Below, in pieces: positions 9,263 to 23,608 of a stretch of 64,000 bases of DNA. Under the pieces are notes generated by a model. That model ran no database searches, was not told the DNA's origin, and saw only the letters and a program-made list of their open reading frames with translations. Made by a program: the position numbers and the translations under genes. The stretch is taken from NCBI GenBank assembly GCA_964188305.1, contig OZ076885.1. One strand, 5' to 3'. The first letter of the stretch is position 1; each line of letters opens with the position of its first letter. Origin of the DNA: Podarcis bocagei (lineage: Eukaryota).

Positions 9263-12200
9263 TAATATTCTCTCTAAATACAGTTAATAACTTACCATTT
9301 GATTTGTTCAAGCAGAGTTTTTCTTTTGGATCACTGAGGGGAAACATATATAAAATATTGTTGATTCTTTTATTGCTTAATTTGTACATGAAACCAAAAC
9401 AAAACACCAACACACAAAGTAATCCACACTTCTCTCCCTCTCTCAGTTCAGAGTCTACAAAGATGTGACTACCACAGATTAAAGAAAGAAACCTTAACGA
9501 GCATATGTGCAGAATGGGCTATGCTGTTAAAAATGACCTACCATGAGGTACACTCAAACACTGAGACACATTCTCTTTTTTTCTCATCATAATATGGCTT
9601 CTCAGCACTGCATTCTGGGTAGCAGCCTAAAATGGGAGCAAACCGTCAAAATAATAATCTCACTTTTCAATAGGGGCTGGCTATTAGGTGATATAATAAT
9701 ATATGTATTACATGAGGTATATTATAAGGTATAAATCTGAAATTGCAATAATTAGAAAACAGAAGAACAAAAAATGCTATAAATATATATTGGGGTTTTT
9801 TCACAACTTGGTCTGTAAATTTAACCATTAAAGAGGGGCAGCCTCTGTGCTTTGCTGAGAGAGTGGGTCTTTGGCCACTGCAAAGAAATATCAAATATAA
9901 TCCCTTTACATTTTATGAATTTCAGCAGAAACCTTTTTCTCATTTCATGTCACGTTTGGTGGGAAGTGAAAAAGCATTTACCTTCAAAACTATAAAGCAG
10001 ATTGCCACAGTTTCCTGCTGGATTCCTGCAGGTCCTTAAACAAGGTTCTCCACAGGGCTTATACCGCCATTCTCTTTTGTTGGGTGAATCATAGTGGTCA
10101 CAAAACACAGCTGGATCAGAAGACATGCTAGCCATAAGTGATGAGGTCCATGTTTTCAATGGAATCCCCTTCCTTCCTTCCTTCCTTCCTTCCTTCCTTC
10201 CTTCCTTCCTTCCTTCCTTCCTTCCTTCCTTCCTCCTTCCCTCCCTCCCTCCTTCTGGCTACCCCTCAGTCATACATTTATTACACCTCTTAACATTGCA
10301 TCAAAAGTGATAGCAGCATGCCAGCTACCACTTTTGATGCAATGTGAAGAGATTCATCTTGTTATCCTGGCCTATGAAAATTGAGGAATTGATTTTGAGG
10401 TTCTCCCAGTAATGTGTTGTATGGATCACTGATTTGGGGACTGGATATTTCCCCCCCCATTTTAATTGTGCTTTTATATGCTGTAACTTGCTGTACATCA
10501 GGGAGAAGGACAAGTAAGAATGACAATAAAATAAATAATGGGAGGCCTGTACACACACATATCCATGCGCATATCCTGGAAATAACGTCTATCTTAACCC
10601 ATGACATGCTGGACATGTGCAGCTTGAAACAATGAAATGCTTAGTCATTGGTGAAACTTCTAGCCATTGGTTCTGGTCCCATGCACAGCAATAAGTTGCT
10701 GAACTACATGTGAGGTGTTGGCCCCAGATTTATCTTGTGGATAAAAGGAACACTTGTTCCAAGTCTACTCTTGTAAGCTTCACTTGCTAGTAGTTTTAAA
10801 GTATGACCTCTTGTTGAGAACAGTTTTTCACTATTATTTGTGATATTTTCCATCTGTCTTTTTCTCCAAAGTATCATATTGTTCAAAAGGTTATAAGGCT
10901 ATAATAAAGTGTTATGTTTTTGGACAACGTGAAAGATGTGAATCACAAAGTGGATTCTGAAGAAGAAAATTCCTTTTTCATACATTCAACTGTGTCATTA
11001 AATACCATTAGCAATTAGTATTTCTCACCCCCTCAGATAACATGCAGCTACACAATCATTGCTGCTGAGACTATATTTGCTTTGTAAGTACTTACGGCAA
11101 TTTTTAGGACTTCGCCAGTCAATACAGATGCCAACTCTGCCACAACTCCTTGCATATGCTGCTACAGCAGTACAGAAACACTCACAGTCTCCCAGACTGT
11201 CACAACCACAAAAATCAGATACGCAGGATTCATAATAGGGTGTTGGGTTGATCTAACAGAACCAAGAAGAGCCAGAAATAATGAACATTTCTTCCCAGGA
11301 TGCTATTTAATCAGCTTCTTAAAATAGAAAATACAAGACTGCCTAGCCTGCCTGCCTTGAAATATTCAAGGAAAATTGAATATCTATCCTGGGAGGCAGC
11401 CCTATCAAGTTGCTGCTTTGAAGAAATAGCTATATCACCACCATAATATTATGCCCATGGGATCATGGATGCTTTTGGCCTAGGAAAATGCAAGTTTTTA
11501 AATTATCTTGTCTAACCTCCATATGATTAGACAACACTAATCCTTTATATTTAAATTTATATTTATATTATGGGAAGGTTCACTTTTTCTCTTCTTTCCC
11601 TTTGAAGTCTATCTGTGCTTTCCTATCGGATTGCAACACTAATTAGGCTAACCATTTTCTTAAATTGTAATTTTATTTCCCTGGGAAAGTATAAAACCAA
11701 TTGCCTAAATATTTCTTATCAGTATTCTGAAGTATCTGGAAATAGGGCAGATATGATAATCTGTTTAAGTGCAAGATCACTGCCAATTAGGTGGCCTGGT
11801 TTTGTTCGCACGCGCACACATGCACGACCCACTCCAGTCTATAGGAACAACTCACTTGTGGCATCCCACTACAGTGCTATCTCTACACCAGACAAATCCC
11901 AAAAATGGTACAAATGAATGGCATTCAGTTCATGGAGATTCTGCTCCCAAAATTCATGCATCTGGGGTAGTTCTATAATGGGGTGCCTAACCCCAGTTGA
12001 TATGGACTCTCAAGCAACTGTTTCTGCCTGACCCTGCTAATTTTTGTAGCAGTTGCAAGGGGGGGGTGTAAAATAGATACAGCATCAAAGTGGGCAGAGC
12101 CAGTATTCTGATGGTAAGGGGATCCATGTGTCTCTATGTTAAGGTTGCCATCTTTCAAGAAGTAAAAACCAGGACAGCCCTAAGCTTAAGCTTTTTTAAG

Positions 12201-15200
12201 GACCCCCCCTTCTTCTTCTTCTTCTTTTTTAGGAATCCAAGGCTTTGGCTATGGGAGACATCTTGGGCTGTGGTCCTGTCCATCATGTATATATGTGTAA
12301 ATAAGCCATGCCAGTCTCTGCTGTGCCTCATTCCAAAGGAAACACAAACCCTGGAGCCCCTGGAATCTTGCACCACTCAGAGACTGGGATGGCATGCAAC
12401 AATACATTATCACCAAAACACATTTTCCCCCCATCCAGGACAAAGCACCGCCTTTTGGAAATCCACCCCCCACACCCCAGACATCAATTGCACCTTTGAA
12501 ATCTTGGCAATGTCCAGGAAAATCCAGACATATGGCAGCCATACTCTATGTTTGTGTGCCTGGTATGTCATGCGTATGTGCGAGCGCATGAGAGTAGCCA
12601 TAGCCACTTTTTGGCCATGCCCATCACTGTCCACATCTCTCTACAACACCGTCCCTAGGAATGGGAACAAGTCTCTCTCTGGAGGGTGTACTCCCTGCTA
12701 TTATTTTAAATGCCTTCAATAATTATGCCCCCCCCGAAAATATTTTTCCTTTGTTTAACTTTTCTTGTTTTGCCAGTAAAATTATTCATCATTCTTGCCA
12801 CTCATAACTTTATGAAATGCTAGGAATGCTAGGATAGGAGAATGCAAGGAGAAGGGGAAGAGTCGCAAGAAGCAAAGGGAGAGACAAACAGACAGATTAC
12901 CTTACTGTGGCAGGCTTCAAAAACGTCGCTCTTGAGAATGCTGCATCGCTTTTGCCCCAGTACGAGTTTGGAAGGCTGACTTGCACATAGGTCAACTTCA
13001 TTTCTGTCTGAACAGCTAGTGGTGACTTTCCAGCTGCTTCCAAATGCCTGTGCTTGCATCTCCACAGACTGCCCTCTCGTGGTGAAGTCATTGTTGCCAC
13101 TGTTGTCAAAATCACCACAAAGACCACAAACTCTGCCCTAGGAAATTGGAGCATGGCATTTTACAAAGACAGAATAAAAAACAAATAAAACTATCAAAAT
13201 GAAGTAAATTCAAATTGTATTCTAAACATGCTTTGTATAAACCACTAGTCCTATGTGTTTCTCTTGATTCAAAACACTTTTCTCTACTAAGTTGTTAGAC
13301 TATTTTAGAAGAATGAAAACTCGGGCCAATTAATATCCACATATTTTAAAAGATAACAGTCTAAGAATTTACAGCACGCAAAAAAATGTGTTGGATTCAC
13401 TTGAGACAAAGAATATTGTCTGCATTTGCAGCATAAACCTACCAATATTTGTCTGATTTATGGCGATTCTATCTTTACTGGTTGCAGGAAGCTATAAAAA
13501 AATAAATCAAATGCTTCCTAAATATGAAAAAAGCAAATAGGCTTGGTTTAAGGCATCTGATTGGTACATGTTATGTTTACAAGCATAACCAGAGAATTGC
13601 AGAATACACTAGCTGCAAACTGGGCAGTTTATTAGCAGGTAACTGAGGGTCATTCTACTCACAACAATTTCTATGCACACTTAGCTATGACTTCTTTATA
13701 GGCAGGAAATGTACATGTATCAGGTGAGATGAACACACATCCAACTTATTCCATGCTGCAAAACAAAGATGTGTCTATTCTCCACTTGTGACAGTGTAGA
13801 TGTGATGCTCAATTCCCACCCCCAAAGTGGAAGTGATACCTTGACAGGAAAATTACCCCAGCCAGTATAGAATTACCATGTGCAAGTCAGCAGTTATGTT
13901 TACTCATACCTGAAAAGAGGGTGCGAGTTGCACCATGATTGTTGTCTTCTCATCCCACATGAAGGTCATTCCACCGAAGGTTTCAATTATAATGTAAATT
14001 CCCATGAGATGGATGTTATAGTTCCTTTCAGAAGGCGGTATGCTAGTTATCTCCTCAATTTTCCCTTCCTGAAGTCTGATTTCACTACCCTAGAAAAATA
14101 CATAAATAATTTGTAAGAGCAAGGATGCAGCTGAAATACAATGACAACGCAACCGCAACCCTTTGTAGATAATAATTCATATGCCATCCCATCAAGATGT
14201 ACAACTGCAATATATACCCACATCTCTTTTTTCCCCCAGGATGATGATGATGTTTATTATTTATTAAATTTGCATACTGTCCTTCATCCATAGACCTCAA
14301 GGCAGTTCACAAGATATATTCATTCTTACTGTGATGTCACAAAAGAAATGAGCTCTGCCCCCACCTACTGTGGTGTCATGGGCACAGGAACATGATAACT
14401 AATGAAGAATTAAACTTCAAGAATACAGAAGGGCAAAAGAAGCTGCAAACTTCTGGTGGGCTGAAGAGGAGAAAGCAATACTGCACTAATGATCAACTTT
14501 TAGGCTGAATGTGTGAATGAGGCAATATGAGTGGTTTACTCAAGGATCGTCAATTTCCATAAGTGATGTGCATCTGATGGGTGTGGTATGGGCGATTCAA
14601 TGGACGGTGTGTATGCTGCATGTGAATGAGGGTGAATGTGGCCTCTGAGATGTGCACATGTAAATGGGAGCATAAATTGTGTCTGTTAGTGGTATATTAG
14701 GAGTTGGGGTCCCTCAAATCCAGCCAATAATCCGGTTAATTCTGAAGTCTAATAGCACCCATATCTAGTTCTTCCTTCCATCCTTCCTTCCAACAGATTA
14801 ACACAACTACTCTTCTAAAATCTGAATGAAGTTTATGGGGAGACAGGGTATGAAAGGTGTAGATTAGCTACTGTAAGCAAAGAAACACAAGCTGTCTATC
14901 CAGTTTTGAAGTTCTCCACTTACAAGGCTGATTGTGGACTTACCTCCAAGATGATGCGAATTTTCAAGGAACAAATGCTCAGGGATTTACCACATGCCAT
15001 GTTCTGTGTTACAATTTGAAAAGTGCCTGGGTCAGGATTATCAGGGCAAAAGTCCTTGGGAAAGGAAACAATAATACGTTTAATGTTACGTTCTCCATAT
15101 TCAAGCCACGATAGCAAATATTCTACAGAAGGAAGTGCATGCCAGCTAAGGCAGTTTTCTTTATTAAATGTATGGATTTAACCAGGTCTCAAACTTGGGA

Positions 15201-18200
15201 ATATGCTGCAAGCAAAATATCCTGGATCTGTACTTGTAACTGTGCCACTTCAGACTACAGGTAAAAGAGGCTGTAATTTTGAATACTCACAACTATTCTT
15301 TTTATATAAAAAAAATCAAAGTAACAACTCCTGGCATGTAGAAAACTATAAGGAGAAAGTTAGTCAAGAAATTGTCTTCCTGTTGTGATTTTCCTTTTTT
15401 TAATTTCATAAAAATTATATACCACTTGATCATAAAACAAAAACCTCAAAATGGTAGGGAGTTTTGGCACTGGAGGACACTCACTCAAATACGAAACCCT
15501 TTAGTCTGAAATGTACAGCCCTAGGTGGACTTTTAAACATTGTTTAGCTGAAAATGTAACTTGGTTTTAAGAAACTTGCAAAATATGGTGTGCCAAGCTC
15601 ATTATTTTCATCTATGGGATTTTTTGCTTGGAGGTACCTGGTGAATTAAAAGGGACATTCCACAAGCCATAGTCTGATGTGATGAGCCATTTTCTTACAT
15701 GGCAAACCCATGCAACATTTGCAAGAGTCCACAGTCATAGATGAGAAGTGGGAAAAGTACAGATTCTGGCCCTCAGTCAGTCAATATGAAGTTTCTGAAA
15801 ATCCCTTTCAGCACAGCCCTATGCATGTCTACTCATAAGTATACCCCAAGGAGTTCAATGGCACACACTGGGTCAGTGGGCACTGCACTACAGATGGGTA
15901 AAGCAGTGAAATCACAACATTTCCACTTGGTTCCACACTAAACAGTCCATGAGGCAAGTAGTAAAGATTAAATACCTGGGCTAGGATATAATCACAGCTT
16001 CCCATGAAATCAAATTTTGTTCCATCAAAGCTGAAATAGTGGCCATTTCCATACACCATGCAGGCTCCATGGCAGTAGTTCTTTGTACAGTTCCATTGCC
16101 TCCTGTAGCACATGCTGAGAGATTAAACATAAAATATCACAACTTGTCCCCTCAAAGAAAACTGCAAGTAGGCAGGGTAATTAATAGTATAATGATAATT
16201 CCTCTGGATCTGTCAGCTGAAATGACAGTATTACTCTCCTTCTTATTACAATGTATAGCCTTCTATACAACAGGGGGAGTTACAGTAAAGACCTTGTCTG
16301 ATGGGTGATAAGTTGCTGCATCTGAAGCAACAAAAATAAATAAAAGCCTAATAATGCCAGAAATTAACAAACCTAATTACCAGGGGGGTTATATTTTTTG
16401 GTGGTAGGGAGAGTTTCACATCTAAGCATCAAGTTTACAAATGTTCATGGTTAAGGGCATGGCAGCCAGAGAGGCTATAATTGCCACTGGCTGCAAATCT
16501 AATTTGTACAAAGTGATTGCTGTCATGTGTGATCTTACCGCATGGGAAACACTTCCACAAAACTATGTGTTTATAGAGGGGGGAAAGTTACTTCCAAAAT
16601 GGTAGCCTGAACTGGTGCTCAATTCTTCGATACGCTGCATTGGGTACTCTTTGAATAAACTGCAGTGCAGTTCATAAAAACACCCTCAAATGAATGCAGA
16701 GACTTGCATTAGGTAGATCATTCAAAGGATTAAAGTATTAATATTAAACTGAAAAGATTCTTACAAATGTCACAGTTGCTCATAAAATCGGCCTGGGGCT
16801 ATTTGTAAATACCCAAGATCATGCACACCACAAAACAAAAACTTGATAGACTAGTTTATCTGGTCTATAGGGGTTTGTTTTGTGAGGGGCCTCCTAAAAC
16901 CTTTGGACGCCCGCAATAACAGTGGATATTTCACAACCAAACCCTTTCCCAAACTGCTCTCTACAGACTGGCACCTCTTTTTCCCTTTGGTCTCTTTGAG
17001 CTCCTCCCTATTTCACCACATAACTAAAATACTTTCATGCCCCCTACTTTACCTCCTGCTCCCACATTTATTTGCTACAATTTACACATGTACTGGCTTT
17101 AAGAACACTGAAGAATACTGTACCATGTATTGCAATTTACTGTGATTTGAGTGCCAGGACTGTAGAACTTCCCTCCATGCATGCAGGGGCACTGCTCCTC
17201 CTCAATACAGTTGCCGTGACCATCGGACGCCAGCCCATCAGGACACATGCATCCAGAGACACATTCTGTAGCATACTTGGTTGAGTGCATGGAAACAAAA
17301 TGGAAATCGAGACAGAAGGGAACAAATATTGGGGGAGAAAATAAAGGCAGCCCTTCATAAAATGCTGTTGTCATGATACTGTTAGATATTCACCAGCACC
17401 GTAAAACGTTAGATGGTTCAGTTCACAGGGATGCAGGGACTGTGAAGACTATGTTCAGAGAATGGTAATACAGCAAATCAGTGAAATTATCTGGATGGAA
17501 AGATGGTGGTGTATTTACAAAGCAGAGTCGACAGGTTGCAAGCCAGAAGTTTAGGCTTTACCGTTAAATTGGACGAAACAGGAGATGGAAGAGCCATGGC
17601 TTCCTCTGCCCACTCCTTCCCTGGTCGCTTTGTAAACTTTGTGACACCCCTGGAGTCCTGCCGCCACCACAGGTGGAGGATCAGTGAAAGAATGGGAAAA
17701 GCTACAATTGCTCTTTCTCCCCTTTCATCTGTATATTTAATGGTAACACCTCTATCACAGATGAGATGGATCTTCTCTGGCTTGTGCTTATCTGCAGTAA
17801 ATAAGGCTGAGTCACTGAAAAGTGAAAGCCATCCTGTTCTAACACAAGGATGTGCTCATCTGCCTGGCAAATAAAATCCTGCATATAAAAGGCCAATGTC
17901 AATGGGTGAGATTTTAACACCAGAGAGTAGCAGTACCTTATAGGAGACATGTATGATCAAGAAGAAGGCAATCAAATGAATAAGGCATTATGTTGTTCAT
18001 ATGTGTTCAGGCACCATGTTTGGGTCTCCCAAAATATTTGTTTGCCCTTATAACTAGTTAATACTCAACTGAAATACTTTTAGAGGCCACTTTAATTTCT
18101 TTTACATCAGACAGGCAAAAGAAATATCAAACTATCTAGAAATCCCCTTGAAAAATAACCAGCTTTGCTCTCATGGATGCCAGCCCAGGAGGCTTGTGTG

Positions 18201-21200
18201 GCTAGGGCAAATACACTTCCCATTAGCACTCAGGAAGCTCACTTGAGCGCATGGAGTGGTTAGGGTACATATATCACTGCCACGAGCTTAAGCCCTTACA
18301 CATTGCATGTCTTGTGTTTCACAACTTTTCTGGCATTCTGATCCAGTCACACTTCGGCCAGCAGAGCTGCAGTCAAAGTAGGACATTGGATAAGGGCAAT
18401 CTGGAACAAGGACACAATTACCAAGACAAGAAAGCAAGACAGTGTAAAACTATGCATAGCACTCAGCAGACTCCAGAACCCCAGATGTCTAAAATGTAAA
18501 ACCATTCCAACCATCAAGGGCATAGATATATGCTCATAATTTTCCTTCTCTACGGAAGCTTTATTATCGCTGTCTCCCAATGTTAGTGACACAATAGATG
18601 TGATGCAAGTGATCTGTTGTCAAACCCCCCAATGCTTTTTTCTTTACTTGAACTGGATTGAGGGGTGAGTAGCAGCTTAACTCAAATCACGCTCCTTTAC
18701 AAACTTATTCAGAGATGGCGATAGAGATAGAGCTTGTCCTAAAGCAGATAGAGGCAACTTTAAAAGCTACATACAAGAGCTGTAGAGATTGTGTCCTCCC
18801 TAAAAGAGGGAACGTTTTGCAATGAGACCTGGAGACCAATCCCCTGTGTTGTGGGTGGGTAAGATTGGTCAGCCACAACACCCGATTGGTAGGTCCCTCA
18901 GTGCTGGGTTTTATCGGACCAATAGGGTGCAGTCCAAATGGATTGAGGGACCTATACATACCCATGCACATGACCCAGAGCTTCCACTTTTGGTGCGTGC
19001 ATTCAGAACACCCGCCCACCTCTCCCTGTTTTTAGGGCTTGTGCGCTTGACCTTCTATGCCATTGTGTGTCGTCTGTCGTTGGGACAGGGGCAGGAATTT
19101 TCCCCACTTGGCTGATTGGCTGTTGCCATTTGGGTTTCGCCTGCTGTGTAGCAAATCGTCACAACTTGTAAGGTTGTGGATAGGCCCTGGTTCAGGTGAT
19201 AGGGATGGGGGAACACTCTCCCATCCCTATGTGAAGGGTATTCTGTGAAAGGAATCCAGGGACTCGATGGTTTGGTCAACCCCTGAGAGGGGGTTGTGCC
19301 CATGCCTGAGTCTAGGGGGACATCTTGATGGCGGACATGGTCTGCTCCCGACTTTTTGCCTATCCAGGTGTTCACCCTTGGCTGACCTATGCTGGAACTC
19401 TGGGTCAGCGCTACCTGCAAGTGTGTAGGGAGCTAGTCGAACCAGAGCCTATGCCACCACTCACTTTCTGTAATCAATAAAGTTGTGGCCTAAATTCTGC
19501 CAAAAACCAAACTAAAATTTGAGTCAAGTGTGAATTTATTCAGCGGGGAGGTTTCTGGGTCATAACACGCAAAAGCAAATGCAGAGGGGACGGGGTTGAA
19601 TTTGATCCCTAAATCTAGGATTCTCCAGAGGATCAAGAAGGATCAGATCCTAACTTGTGCATGTGGAACGCGACAGTAGTTCAAAACAAATGTCAGATTC
19701 CAACATCTTGGTTTAAAGTTGCATAGTAAGTAAAAAAGAGGTCTTACCTTTCTTTGTTTCTGTGTTTTCAATGCAATCTAATTGTCCTCGAATGCACTTG
19801 CTAGAGATATTAAAACACAAAAGGGAAGTCTCACACAAATGCATAAAGAGGGGGTGTGGAAAACTACCCAAGTTCCAGTCATGCAAATACACCCATCCCC
19901 AAGATAAGCCATATCTGTAATCTATATCTTGCCCCTTGGAAACAAATGCCTTTTAAAATCAAGGTGCCTTTAATTAACAGGTTCTGGTTCTTTTGAGGAT
20001 TTGCAACAACCTTTTACAGACATGTTTTGACTATTAATATGGTTGTGAGGAAGGTGCAGGGGAGGTTGTATTTCCTGAGAATGCTCAGGGGACTGAATCT
20101 ATCCCAGCACCTACTTCTGTCCTATTATCATAGTACCATTGAGAGTGTCTTAACCTATAGTATATTATCGTGGTATGGGAGCAGCTCTGAAACGGATAAA
20201 AAAGCTTTACAGAGAACAATTAAAATTGCCCAGAATGTTATTGGGCTCCGACTACCAACCCTGGATGAGATCTTCACGTCTCGCATTTTGAAGAAGTCAT
20301 ATAATATACTGAGAGATCCCACCCATCCTGCTCACAACTTCTTTGAACTATTGCCTTCGGGCAGAAGATATAGGACAATGAAAACACGAACCACACGCCT
20401 TCTGAATAGTTTCTATCCAAGAGCTCTGATTGCACTAAATAATGATCTCAGGGCCAGTTGCAAGGTTTAGCAAGCAGAGAGTAGGAAGGAATGAGATAGG
20501 TTTTAGGTTATGTTTTAGGTTTTAGGTTATGTTATGCCTTAATAGGTCATGTTATATTCTGGATTATGTTATGTTTTATAGATTATGTCTGAATAGGATG
20601 AGAGTGTCGGAGATACGTGCAAATGTATATGTGAACCCGGTCTTTGGGTGGGTGTTTGATTTTCGTTGTTGTGTATACTGTGTATATACGGACAATGACA
20701 ATAAATTTATCTATCTATTAACTAAATAACTTTACCACACGAGCTCATCCTTTTGAAATGAACTTCTGGGTTGTATCAGCAGGCCCTTGTGGTAACATGG
20801 ACAGTCCTCTGGAAAGACACATTCTTCCTCATTCATTAGGTAAGTTCCCTCAGGGCAGCTGCAGCCATCCACAGGGATAGTCTGAACACTGCATAGCACA
20901 TCAGGCTCCCTCAGGGACCGGCAAGAGTTGTTGCAGAACTTCACTTCATAGCTGTATACCATATTCTTAGGGCACTCTGCTGAGGCATCTTTGCAAAAGA
21001 AGAAAAACAAGGGATAGAATGAGCAAAGTGAGTATGCTTATCTTAGACTCCAAAGAACAATAGTTTATTTCACAAGGGAAGCAGCAAGGCTCCTTGCAGG
21101 AGGCCCTTCAAAACAAATGAGACAAGCTGCAATCCCAAACATAATGGAAATGATTTCCCTTGATTTTAATGAAGCAGGTTGGTTGGTGAAGTCAATGTGA

Positions 21201-23558
21201 TGCACCTAAATTATTAGTTTGTTTTCCACATTTTGCAGGAATTTGCAATTGGGGAAAAAATGAAATTTCATCAGCCTTTTCCTGTGAATTTATGTTAATG
21301 AACACATTTTTATATGCAGTTTTGACTATGTGCAATTTTTGTGCATACCACATGTCATTATTTTTTTTAACAAATATATTCATTTATGCATGCTTTCCCC
21401 TAATATATGCAGTTCTGTTCGGAGAATTGCATCGCAAAGTTCAGATAATGTAAGTGCAAATTTCAAAGAATGGCTGTGTTTTGGTTAGCATATTGTTTTA
21501 GAAAGCGTAAATTTGATGGATTCAGTTTTAAATGCAAGCTGGACCATAAAGAAGGCTGATCGCCGAAGAATTGATGCTTTTGAATTATGGTGCTGGAGGA
21601 GACTCTTGAGAGTCCCATGGTCTGCAAGAAGATCAAACCTATCCATTCTTAAGGAAATCAGCCCTGAGTGCTCACTGGAAGGACAGATCCTGAAGCTGAG
21701 GCTCCAATACTTTGGCCACCTCATGAGAAGAGAAGACTCCCTGGAAAAGACCCTGATGTTGGGAAACATGAAGGAAACAAGGAGAAGGGGACAACAGAGG
21801 ACGAGATGGTTGGACAGTGTTCTCGAAGCTACCAGCATGAGTTTGACCAAACTGCGGGAGGCAGCGGAAGACAGGAGTGCCTGGCATGCTCTTGTCCATG
21901 GGGTCACAAAGAGTCGGACACGGCTAAACGACTAAACAAGAGAATCAGATTCCACCCCGCCCCCAATCACTATTGGACAAACATTGGTTCTGCCCCTGCA
22001 CACCCATCATTGGGATGGAAGAGAAAAACTGATTTGTGAAGCTTCCCCCCCCCCCCCATCATTACACAACCATTCTGGGTGTGGATGCCATTTGATTATT
22101 TTTTTAAAAAATGATCAGTCCTGAAAGTACTATGTACATGGCAAAGAGCTCACCAAATGTGTTCCATATTACTTTAAGTGTATGCTACTTTGAATTATTA
22201 AAAATGGCTTAGGAGTACGAGAGAATAACACACCACACCTACCACAGATGCTGCCTCTCCATCCTTTCAAGTGGATGCCTTCTGCGGCACAATCTCTGGC
22301 ATAGCCAGAGAAAACGCTGCACAGAGCCTCTTTGCTTTTCTCAGCACTGCAAGTGTCGTAAACGCAGTTCTAAGTAATAAACGCAGAAGCAGATATAAGA
22401 ATCAGTGCTCAAAAGAAGCGTCACATTCACCAACAGATAAATGACAGAGTGAGAGTGGGCTCCTCTGTTCAAAGAAGCAGCATGGATTGCTTGTGTTTCT
22501 GCCTTGACCGCTTCTTGGCATGTATAAACAAGTTCTAATTTCAGGGGAAAGCTCTCTGTCAAAGAATGTCCATTTATGACACATATATATGTCATTGCAA
22601 AGGGGAATTAATGCAGCTCTGTGACTAGAACATCCTCTTTTTCCTCAAATAAATAATCGGGATATTTGATCCTGCAAGGTTGAAATCATATTCCAAAATT
22701 CACTTATCAAAACCTTTTTCTTTCTTTCTCTTGCTTTAGTTCTTTTCACCTTTTTATTGCTATAAGAAAATGATACAAAAAATACCCCCAAAAAATGAAG
22801 AAAGAAAAAGGAGGAGATTCAGTCTTATTTCTTTGGCTCAGGCCTCATTTCCAAGAAATTCATGTTACATTTCTTGAGATATAGGGAAAGCGGTTCACTG
22901 TTCCCAGACAGGCCACCAGAGGGCAACTATACCTTCCTGTACAGCTTATCTGCCAGCTACTTAAGCTCTAAAGAGCTGCTCTTTCATACTGTCAGAAGAT
23001 GTGATGATGGTTCCGCTGGCTTATTTCATCTCACTCACAAAAAGTAGAACACCCCTGTGGCAAAATAGCTTGCAGAGCTTCCATAATTTATTCAACTTTA
23101 TGGGAAGCAGACATGGGCAAGCTGAAACATAGCAACTACTTAGATCGTTGCCTATCGGATCAGAATGCACCTGACATTGTGCCAGATATGAGAGGAGATG
23201 TTTTAAAATAGGAATGAATCCTTGCCTTACCTTGATATAAGGAGCTGGGTCATTAACAGAATGGCACTCAGCAAATACCCCCTTTGCATCCAGCAGAAGG
23301 GCACACCAACGCTGCCCATATTTTTCTATAAGAGAAAATGAGGATTCCCAAAGATTATTTACAAAATGGGAGTCATTCAAATGCCACACTAATGAGTGAA
23401 AATATCACCTGCATTTTACAAGGAGCTTGCTTTAATAGCATCATCATCATCACCATCATCTGGGCTGCTTACAGCATATATAAAAACATAATCAAACATT
23501 AAGAAACAGAATACCTTATACAGACTATAAATAAACCAATAAGCCAATAGAAAATAAA

Positions 23559-23608
<50 letters not shown>

